From assembly GCA_963843145.1 (NCBI GenBank), contig CAWJJC010000002.1:96001-160000 (forward strand): a stretch of DNA of 64,000 bases, written 5' to 3'. The notes below the pieces were generated by a model that ran no database searches, was not told the origin of the DNA, and was given only the letters and a program-made list of their open reading frames with translations. The stretch is from an uncultured delta proteobacterium (GTDB lineage Bacteria; Desulfobacterota; RBG-13-43-22). A program made the translations under genes and the position numbers. This document shows, piece after piece, positions 31,577-39,770 of this stretch; the first letter of the stretch is position 1; every line of letters starts with the position of its first letter.

Positions 31577-31669
31577 TCATTAATATTATGAAGATACTAA
31601 TATTTCCAGGTTAGGGGTCCTGCTGTAAGTTTGAATAAACCACTATTGAGCGATGGAGGCCTGTCAGCG

Positions 31670-33270
31670 ATGAAATTCATTCGAATCCTGATCCTCGGGA
31701 TTGTTAGCCTATTTCCAGCTTTTATAATAGTTCCTTCATCTCAAGCGGTCGATGCCGTGGTCGGGGGGGCCTGTACGGATACAGAATTCAATACGGCTTT
31801 GAACACCGTTCAAAGCACGGGAGGCGGAACGATTACCTTCAACTGCGGCACGTCGCCGGTCATCATTACCGTAACCGGGGCCAAGCCCATCAGCAGCCAA
31901 ACGACCATTGACGGTGGATCCCTGATCACTCTCAGCGGCGCGAATGCCTCTCGGGTTTTCTTGGTGAATCCGGGCATATCGCTAACGTTAAATAACCTGA
32001 CCGTCACCAAGGGTTTGAGCAGTAGCGATGACGGCGGTGCGATTCGTAACGAGGGTACACTGAACATTAATAACTGTAAATTCATCAACAACCAAACCGG
32101 CTCGGCGTGGAGCGGCGGAGCCATCGTCAGTTATGGACCGCTGAATATTGCCGATAGCGAATTCGCGAACAACTCGGCCGGGAACGGTGGCGCGCTTTAC
32201 CCTCGCTACGCGCCTGCCGTAACCACCATTACCCGCAGTACTTTTCACGACAACGTGGCTATAAACACGACCGACGGCTGGGGCGGGGCGATCCTGGCCT
32301 GGGATGGCGCGCCGGTGACGATTGAGGGCAGCGACATCTTCAACAACAGTAGTGCTAATTTTGGGGGGGTATCTACATCTCCCCCAATTCGTCGGTCACT
32401 TTCAACGGAAGCACGCTTCACGACAACACGGCCGGATTCACCGGCGGTGGTGTCTACAACAACAACGGCACGGCGACCCTGACCAACGTCACTCTCAGCG
32501 GCAACTCGACCAGTCTGGGCAGCGGCGGCGGAATCGGCAACAATAATAACGGCACGGCGACCCTGACCAACGTCACCCTCAGCGGCAACTCGGTCTCTTT
32601 TGGCGGGGGCGGATTTTCCAACTTAAACAACGGCACGGCGACCCTGACCAACGTCACCCTCAGCGGCAACTCGGCCGGATACGCCGGCGGTGGTGTCTAC
32701 AACAACAACGGCACGGCGACCCTGACCAACGTCACTCTCAGCGGCAACTCGGTCTCTTATCACGGCGGCGGATTCTACAACATAGACGGCACGGCGACCC
32801 TGACCAACGTCACCCTCAGCGGCAACTCGGCCCCTTATGGCGGCGGTATCTACCAAATCGGTTCCCTCAGTGGCCAGATCGTGAAGCTGAAGAATTCCAT
32901 CGTAGCCAACAGCCCTGAGGGTGGAAACTGTTTTCAAAGTCCAAGCAGTTCGACCAACATCACATCAAGCGGTTTCAATCTTTCCAGCGACAACTCCTGC
33001 ACGTCATATTTCACTCAAGCCGGCGATCAAAATAACAAACCCGCGCAGCTCGGTCCTTTGGCGAACAACGGCGGATTTACGCTGACGCATCTGCCGCTGC
33101 CCCCCATCGCAGGAGGCACGGGTCCGATTGATAATGGCTCTTGCCTGGTCGGGTCATTTGACCAACGCGGCGTGATGCGCCCTCAAGGATTGGCATGCGA
33201 TATCGGCGCGGTGGAGTACCGCCAGGGGGAGCTAACACCGTGGTTGTACCTGCCGCTGATCGAGAGATAG
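31670..33270 (+). CDS. Secreted beta-helix repeat protein with choice-of-anchor-Q-like domain; one frameshift at the G run near 32365
   Basis: Signal peptide, GGAI repeats, LGPLANNGGFTLTH, DQRGVMRPQG.ACDIGAVE, tail WLYLPLIER. Confidence 0.82.
32440..32850 (+). repeat. Five intragenic tandem repeats, period about 78-84 nt
   Basis: Near-identical ACGGCACGGCGACCCTGACCAACGTCACYCTCAGCGGCAACTCG (GTATLTNVTLSGNS). Confidence 0.92.
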
Positions 33271-33916
33271 AAATCCGTTTTTTCTTAGAACATGAAGAAA
33301 ATATTCCGAGTCCCCCCAAGGGGTACCAATTTGAATCCTGTCCCGTGTTTTACCGCTGATTAGCCGGTTTGGCTGAACACCTTCAATCGGTAATCCTTTA
33401 TTCCTCAAGCTTATGGTGTTCAACAGTAGTAGGTGACATCCTCAAGCCCAGGGGAAGAAGCCGATTTTCAAGTAATATTGGGGGCTTCTTCCTGTAGTCT
33501 TGTTTTTGAATTTTGGCAATCCCTGCAAAATTGTGGCGGTAATCCTTAATGAGACGGTGGGAGATTTAACTTCCCGCAGGACTTCGCCTCAATCGGAATT
33601 CACCCTTAAGGTCTCGGATCTGCAACCTCCTCGGTTCAGGCAATGTTTTTGGAGATCCGCTACTTGGAAAAAATAAAAAAATACAGCCTTTCTCATCGTA
33701 TAATACCTTGTTTACCCTATTCTTTTTTTAATTTCAAAATCATATTTCTTTAATAGAATGACAGAAAGGTGAAATCTGCCAATTTTTAGGGGATAGCCTC
33801 GGCCCTAGCCTCCTTCCTGGAGACAAAATTAAGAGGTCGTTTCCAATTATTTGCACTTTGCATTCCAGTTGATTTTTATCTGGCAGGGTATGAATTGAAC
33901 GGAGGAAGGGGAAAAG

Positions 33917-35544
33917 ATGAACATAAAAAAAGCAGATTCTTGCTGTTATTTTTAACTATTGGATTGATCATGGTCACGCTTTGGTCCGCCCATTCCCTCC
34001 AGGCCGCTACCAACATCAAATTGAGCGGCGTCATGCCGTCTTTCGGGGATGTTGATTCTTTCGGGATCAGTCCGGACGGCCGATATGCCGTATATTTGGC
34101 GGACCAAGACACCGACGGAGTTTTCGAGCTTTACAGCGTCCGCTTGGGGGGAGGGCCTCCAACTCGACTCAATCCCCTTCTCCCGTCTGGTAGAGGGGTA
34201 TATTCGTACCGGATAAGTCCGGATAGCGGTCGGGTGGTCTATTTGGCCAACCAAGAGACAGCTTCTGCCTTCGAGTTGTTCAGCGTCCCGATTGGAGGCC
34301 CGGCAGCCGCCGGGGTCAAGCTCAACGGGGCACTGGTGTCTGGCGGAAATGTTTCTAATAATTTCCAGCTTAGTCCGGATAGCAACCGAGTGGTGTATGT
34401 AGCCGACCAGGAGTAGGTAACGTTAACCAACTTTACAGCGTCCCGATTGGAGGCCCGGCGGCGGACGGTGTCAAGCTCAACGGGACTTTAGTCCTTAATG
34501 GGAATGTAACTGGGTTTAGGATCAGCCCCGACAGCCGCCGGGTGGTTTATCTATCCGATCGGGACACCGCCGGGGTTGTCGAGATGTACAGCGTCCCGAT
34601 CGGGGGACCAGCGATGGCCGGGGTAAAACTTAGCGTTCCCCTGGTTTCTCCCGGGAATATTAATGGATTTTTCTTTATCAGCTCGGACAGTAGTCGAGTG
34701 GTTTATGATGCCCAACCGACGGCTACTGTCTCTGAGCTGTACAGCGTCCCAATCTGGAGGTCCGGCGGCGGCCGGTGTCAGGCTCAACGACCCTCTGGGT
34801 TCCGGTAAGAATATTTTTGATTTTCGGATCAGCCCGGACAGTAGCCGAGTGGTTTATATCTCCGATCAACAGACGGCTACTGTTCTTGAGCTATACAGCG
34901 TCCCAATCGGAGGTCCGGCGGCGGCCAGGATTAAGCTAAATGGGGCCTTGGCCCTCAACGGGAATGTCACCGCTATTCAGATCAGCCCGGACAGCCGTCG
35001 GGTGGTTTATAACGCCGACCAGCAAACCGATCAAGTCTTTGAGTTGTACAGCGTTCCCATCACGGGTCCAGCGGCAGCCGGGGTCAAGCTCAACGGTCCC
35101 CTATCACCCGGCGGGGTCGTGGTGGCCGGATCAGCCCGGATAGCGGTCAGGTGGTTTATTACGCCACCCAACTTACGGATAATGTCCCTGGGCTTTACAG
35201 TGTCCCCATCACGGGTCCGGCGGCGAATGCGGTCAAAATCACACCCCCCCTGGTCCAGGTCAATGGGGGATGGTGGGAAATCAGTCCGGAGGGAAGCCGG
35301 GTGGTTTATATCGGGAACCAACAGATGACGACTGTCTCTGAGTTGTACAGCACCCCCGTAGGGACCGGCGGCGGCCGGGGTCAAGCTTAACGGTCCTTTA
35401 ACCCTCAATGGGAATGTTACCATCTTCGAGATTAGTCCGGACAACGGACGGGTTCTCTATGTCGCTGATCAGGATACCGACGAGGTATTTGAGCTCTATA
35501 TGACTTCCAATTATTTGATCTATTTGCCCCTGATTTTGAAGTAG
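33917..35544 (+). pseudogene. Secreted repeat protein (TolB/WD40-like beta-propeller), several frameshifts and a stop
   Basis: About 10 repeats ISPDS.RVVY.ADQ....ELYSVPIGGPAAAGVKLNG; tail IYLPLILK*. Confidence 0.82.
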
Positions 35545-36033
35545 GGCTAATGGGGATTCAAGTCTTTCTCTGCCCTCTCCAAGGGGAAAAATTGCAATCG
35601 GGAAAACCACTCTTCGGGAATAGGTTCTGAAGGAGGAATGCTTCCAGCAGCTTTTCTCTGTTTCCATAAAGACAAAGGCCTAGCCAAAAAATACCCAACC
35701 CCTTTTTTACTGATTTTGGTAATCCTTGAATACTAAAATCTAACGAGTCCTACATATTTGGAGGGTCTGCCGTGTAAAACATGTGACTAGTCGGTTAAAG
35801 TCCGACCATTGGAATTCGGTAGCTCGTCCACGTAGCTGGGGGGAGGGAGTCAAGGAGATCCGCTCATTAAAACAGTATAGGAGGATTAATCTCCTTCAAA
35901 ATCGGTTGAAGAGTTCAAAGGATAATTACTGATTTCTGGAATGGTCTTGGTGAAAGACTTGTAGGTGTACATCGCCACGAAACCCCTCTGGAGATGGGGT
36001 AAGGCTTACATTTTCGGAGCGAAGATATCCTCT

Positions 36034-36687
36034 TTAATCCTGCCAGCCGTGATCGCCGATCAGGCTGACGAAACGCACCCCGCCCAAATCTTCTTGAATG
36101 ACTCCCTGCTCCGTTTTGCTGAGGCGTAACAGGTTTTGGGAAAAACGGTCTCCCACCGGGATCACCAGGCGGCCTTGAGGAGCCAACTGCTGGAGATAGG
36201 CTTCCGGGACCCTGGGGGCCGCGGCGGTGACGATGATCCCGTCGAAGGGGCTTTCCTCCGGCCAGCCATAGGTGCCGTCAAAAACCTTGATCAGCACATT
36301 GTGATAGTGAAGCTGGTCCAGGATCTTTCGGGCCCTGATCACCAGGGGACGGACCCGTTCGATGGAATAGACCTTTTTGCAGGTTTCGGCCAGGACGGCG
36401 GTCTGGTAGCCTGAACCTGTCCCGATTTCCAGGATGTTTTCCTGACCGGTGAGCCCTAAGGATTGGGTCATGAGGGCCACGATATAGGGCTGAGAGATGG
36501 TCTGATGTTCACCGATCGGCAGGGGATAATCGTTGTAGGCTTCTCCCCAGAGGGCTTCTTCGATGAAGAGGTGACGGGGCACCCGGCCCATAGCCTTCAA
36601 GACCCCCGGGTCGGTAATGCCCCGGGGAAGGAGCTGTTCTTTGACCATCCGTTCCCGGGCTTTTTGAAAGTCCTGTGTCGGCTTCAT
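36034..36687 (-). CDS. pcm: Protein-L-isoaspartate O-methyltransferase
   Basis: QTISQPY, LEIGTGSGYQ, PFDGIIVTAA, GRLVIPVG, RFVSL. Confidence 0.97.
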   Translation of the reverse strand: MKPTQDFQKARERMVKEQLLPRGITDPGVLKAMGRVPRHLFIEEALWGEAYNDYPLPIGEHQTISQPYIVALMTQSLGLTGQENILEIGTGSGYQTAVLAETCKKVYSIERVRPLVIRARKILDQLHYHNVLIKVFDGTYGWPEESPFDGIIVTAAAPRVPEAYLQQLAPQGRLVIPVGDRFSQNLLRLSKTEQGVIQEDLGGVRFVSLIGDHGWQD

Positions 36688-36797
36688 TCCTCGTCTGCGG
36701 CGTTCAAACTATTTTATTTTTAAGAAGGTTTATGCTATATAAGGCTGAATAGCTAAAACTGTCAATGGGATTTTTGTTCTTCAAGGGGATATCAAAA

Positions 36798-37025
36798 ATG
36801 AATCCAAGGTTCAAACGGATCGGGAAGAAAATGGGTATTCTCCTGGCAGGGATGGCTATTTTTTTGGCGGTTACTATGTGGCTCAAGGGGATGGAGTTCA
36901 AATTCCGGGTTTTCATGGCCATCTTTGCCGGTTTGTCGGCCTGGATGGGATTAATCACCATGGTGATCTGGCTGTGGCGGGACAGCGCGGCAGAGGAAGA
37001 AAAGGAGATCCCGGAAGGAAAATAA
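36798..37025 (+). CDS. Small two-TM membrane protein
   Basis: Two hydrophobic segments, acidic tail, RBS AGGGG. Confidence 0.55.
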   Translation: MNPRFKRIGKKMGILLAGMAIFLAVTMWLKGMEFKFRVFMAIFAGLSAWMGLITMVIWLWRDSAAEEEKEIPEGK

Positions 37026-37043
37026 CTTTCTCGAGAATGCCGG

Positions 37044-37184
37044 CTACCTTATTCTTGATTTTTCTTGGACCATCTCTTTTATTTTGTTAACAAAATCAGC
37101 CAACTCCTCCTCGGACAATTGACTGCTCAAGGGCGATTCCAACAGGGATTCCATCACTTCCAGATTCGTGATTTTTTCATCCAT
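37044..37184 (-). CDS. Possible 46-aa acidic helical protein (MDEKITNLEVMESLL...)
   Basis: Open frame read by hand, protein-like composition; AAGGAG upstream but far from the ATG. Confidence 0.3.
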   Translation of the reverse strand: MDEKITNLEVMESLLESPLSSQLSEEELADFVNKIKEMVQEKSRIR

Positions 37185-37557
37185 GGCTTAATTAATTTAT
37201 CCGCTCCTTTATAGAATAGCAGCGCTCCCCCAAAATAGCTATTCTATAGTCCAGAAATTACAAAAAATCAAGCCTTCCATCCGTCAGGCCAAACATTTTT
37301 GACGCTTCGCCTATGGGAGTAGGGGCCACAGTAGGGGATAGATTGACCTGAAATTGGGTCTCCGTGGCCGACGGGTCTCGGCGAAAGGGTTTTCCAAAGG
37401 CACTCCGAACTCCGAATCCGCGCCTAAATTAATAATTCTTATTCGCCAGGTCCCGTCGGCCAGACCAGATTTTATGACGGGGTTTCATCCGGTTGATCGG
37501 GACCCAGAGCTTTTTTTAGTCGATAGACAAAATCGGAGATCCAGCTAATTCTATCTC

Positions 37558-38640
37558 TTATATGGCCTTTCGTAGAAAAGGCCGGCATTCCTGGGAAAAG
37601 GAGATCAATTGATCGAGTTTGTTTTTGGCCTGGCCGGAATCGATGGACTGCTCTCCCCGCCGAAGGCCTTCATTAAAATTGTTATCCAGCCCGGCGGCCA
37701 TAAAAGCGGCCGCGGCATTCATTAAGACCATCTCCCGCTTCGCTCCCGGTTTTCCTTCCAGGATGGAGCGGATGATCCGGGCGTTGGCGGCGGCGTCCCC
37801 GCCGCGGATGCCCTCCGGGTCGGCCCGTTGGAATCCCAATTCCTCGGGGGTCAGTTCAAAGGTCCTGACCTGATTATTTTTAAGATGGGAAACCCGGGTC
37901 GGTCCGCAAATGCTGATTTCATCCAGGAACCCTTCCCCGCAGACCACGAAGGCTTCCCTGGAACCCAGCCTTTGGAGGACCTGGGCCATTTTTTCGGTCA
38001 ACTCCGGAGCATAAACCCCCATCACCTGGGCCGAGGCCCCGGCCGGGTTGGTCAAGGGGCCGAGGAGGTTAAAGATGGTCCGCAGGCCGATCTCCTGACG
38101 AGGCCCAGCCGCATGCTTCATCGCCCCGTGGAAAAGCGGGGCGTATAGAAATCCGATCCCCAATTCCCGCAGGCATCGTTCCACATCGGAGCGGGTCAGC
38201 TCGAGATTGACTCCCAACTGTTCCAGGACGTCGGCACTGCCGCACTGGCTGGAGATGGCCCGGTTGCCGTGTTTGGCCACTTTGACCCCCGCGCCGGCCG
38301 TTACCAGGGCGGTGGCCGTGGAGACATTGAAGGTCCGCGTTCCGTCTCCGCCGGTCCCACAAGTGTCCAGGATGGTTTCCTCTTCGATGTTGATCTCGTC
38401 CCGGTCCAGGTTGATCGAATGGTTGTTCAGGTTCAAAGCGCCGGCCCGGGCCCGTAAGGCCCGGGCCGCGCCGGTGATCTCTTCGACCGTTTCCCCCTTG
38501 ATGCGCAGAGCCGTGATGAAGGCCCCAATTTGGGCCGGGGTGGCCTGCCCGCCGATGATTTCGTCCATGGCCCTTTCCATTTCCTTCTCGCCCAGGTCTT
38601 CCCCTCGGACTACTTTGGCGATCATGTTTCTAATTTCCAT
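37558..38640 (-). CDS. trpD: Anthranilate phosphoribosyltransferase
   Basis: DTCGTGGDG..TFNVST, KHGNR..SS.CGSAD, RTIFNLLGPLTNP. Confidence 0.97.
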   Translation of the reverse strand: MEIRNMIAKVVRGEDLGEKEMERAMDEIIGGQATPAQIGAFITALRIKGETVEEITGAARALRARAGALNLNNHSINLDRDEINIEEETILDTCGTGGDGTRTFNVSTATALVTAGAGVKVAKHGNRAISSQCGSADVLEQLGVNLELTRSDVERCLRELGIGFLYAPLFHGAMKHAAGPRQEIGLRTIFNLLGPLTNPAGASAQVMGVYAPELTEKMAQVLQRLGSREAFVVCGEGFLDEISICGPTRVSHLKNNQVRTFELTPEELGFQRADPEGIRGGDAAANARIIRSILEGKPGAKREMVLMNAAAAFMAAGLDNNFNEGLRRGEQSIDSGQAKNKLDQLISFSQECRPFLRKAI

Positions 38641-38687
38641 TTGTTTTTCCTCCTTCAGTGGGTAGGGATTTAAAGAAATTCTTAATA

Positions 38688-38722
38688 AAAAAAGGCCGTG
38701 AGAGTTTCACGGCCTTTTTTTA
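38688..38722 (-). terminator. Second terminator hairpin in the trpD leader
   Basis: GGCCGTGA-AACTC-TCACGGCC followed by a U run on the minus strand. Confidence 0.75.
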
Positions 38723-38734
38723 TAGATACCAAAT

Positions 38735-38775
38735 AAAAAAGCCGTGGAGAACCGGAGCGGCTCTCCACGGCTTTT
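38735..38775 (-). terminator. Attenuator terminator of the trpD leader
   Basis: AAAAGCCGTGGAGA...TCTCCACGGCTTTTTT. Confidence 0.85.
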
Positions 38776-38791
38776 CAGTTAATGGCTTTGA

Positions 38792-38863
38792 TTAGCGGTG
38801 GACGAACCCCTCCCTCAAATTCCGCCACCACCAATTGTTTTTTGAAGTAAAATAGGATTGCAT
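38792..38863 (-). CDS. trpL: Trp leader peptide MQSYFTSKNNWWWRNLREGFVHR
   Basis: Three tandem TGG codons, RBS AAGGA, downstream terminator and antiterminator pairing. Confidence 0.9.
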   Translation of the reverse strand: MQSYFTSKNNWWWRNLREGFVHR

Positions 38864-38890
38864 AAAATTCCTTTAAAAAAATTGACACTA

Positions 38891-38919
38891 ATTTTACCAA
38901 ACCGACCTATCCGTGTCAA
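38891..38919 (-). promoter_or_regulatory. sigma70 promoter for trpL-trpD
   Basis: TTGACA-17nt-TAAAAT on the minus strand. Confidence 0.8.
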
Positions 38920-38944
38920 TATTTTTTTTGACGAAAAATAATGC

Positions 38945-38973
38945 TTGACACGGATAGGAGTACCGTTTATAAA
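38945..38973 (+). promoter_or_regulatory. sigma70 promoter for the aro operon
   Basis: TTGACA-17nt-TATAAA. Confidence 0.8.
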
Positions 38974-39014
38974 AAAAGAAAATCTATTTGAGGATTCAAA
39001 AAGACGTAACCACC

Positions 39015-39089
39015 ATGATCAGTCAAAAATCCCAGCAAGACTTTTATTACTTTTATTACTGGCCGGGGACCCGTCTGCTTATGGTTTGA
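39015..39089 (+). CDS. Aromatic leader peptide MISQKSQQDFYYFYYWPGTRLLMV
   Basis: Seven consecutive aromatic codons followed by a terminator at 39109-39147. Confidence 0.88.
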   Translation: MISQKSQQDFYYFYYWPGTRLLMV

Positions 39090-39108
39090 TTTCATTTTTT
39101 CGAAATTC

Positions 39109-39147
39109 AAAAGCCGTGGGCGGATTGAAGCTCACGGCTTTTTTTTT
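39109..39147 (+). terminator. Attenuator terminator upstream of aroK
   Basis: AAAAGCCGTGGGC-GGATTGAA-GCTCACGGCTTTTTTTTT. Confidence 0.88.
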
Positions 39148-39227
39148 GGTCCAAAATGGCCGGATGCTGAAGAAGGCTGACGGATTTGCAAAAAGTCGCT
39201 TTTTGACTTTTTGCGAGGTTTTCAAAA

Positions 39228-39770
39228 TTGAATATTGTCTTAATCGGATATCGATGCTCGGGGAAAACCACGGTGGGAAGGCTTTTAGCCGAAAGAACCG
39301 GGAAAGACTTCCGGGATACGGACATCGTGGTGGAGGAAACAATGGGAATTTCCATTGAAGACCTGGTTTCATCCAAAGGCTGGAATACCTTCAGGGCCCT
39401 GGAGAGACAGGCGGTTCAGGCGGTTTCCGCTCAGGATAACCAGGTGATTGCCGTCGGCGGCGGGGCGGTCCTGGACGAAGAAAACGTTCGGAATCTGGGC
39501 CGGGGGGGCTTTGTCGTCTGGCTCGACGGCGCACCTGAAGTATTGCGAGGGCGAATGGCAGAAGAGCAACGGGTAGGTAAAATTCGGCCCTCCCTTACCG
39601 GAGAAGCTCCGTTGACGGAGATTCGGCAGGTTTTGAATTCCCGTCGGCCCGTTTATGAAAAGGCCTCCGCTTTGCGGGTGGATACCTCCGCCTTTGGACC
39701 GGAAGAAACGGCAACCCTTATTATCGAGGCCCTGTCTGAGAAAAGGGAGAAGCGACTTCATGGCCGGTAA
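39228..39770 (+). CDS. aroK: Shikimate kinase
   Basis: GYRCSGKTT, DTD, GWNTFRALE, GGGAV, RP.Y. Confidence 0.93.
   Translation: MNIVLIGYRCSGKTTVGRLLAERTGKDFRDTDIVVEETMGISIEDLVSSKGWNTFRALERQAVQAVSAQDNQVIAVGGGAVLDEENVRNLGRGGFVVWLDGAPEVLRGRMAEEQRVGKIRPSLTGEAPLTEIRQVLNSRRPVYEKASALRVDTSAFGPEETATLIIEALSEKREKRLHGR

Larger units (their letters stand above)
19667..35967 (+). mobile_element. Tyrosine-recombinase-associated array of five cargo modules with conserved left and right ends
   Basis: Five CTTCCTGWA ends (19667, 22799, 26333, 31394, 33488) alternate with five WGTAGGTG ends (ending 21662, 26271/26279, 30259, 33435, 35967); two recombinase copies lie between modules. Confidence 0.8.

Noticed and set aside
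32440-32850. CRISPR-like repeat-spacer pattern
   Set aside because: Repeats are in frame within a protein, periods are multiples of 3, intervening parts are homologous, and no cas genes are present.
34020-35500. Possible nucleotide repeat array
   Set aside because: Explained by ~49-aa propeller repeats of one gene.
19667-35967. Classical integron interpretation of the island
   Set aside because: No regular attC after each gene, no evident IntI insertion, recombinases lie inside the array and are co-oriented, and modules have long non-coding ends with at least one own promoter.
37300-37550. Possible riboswitch or ncRNA downstream of trpD
   Set aside because: No recognisable consensus and no adjacent downstream gene to regulate.
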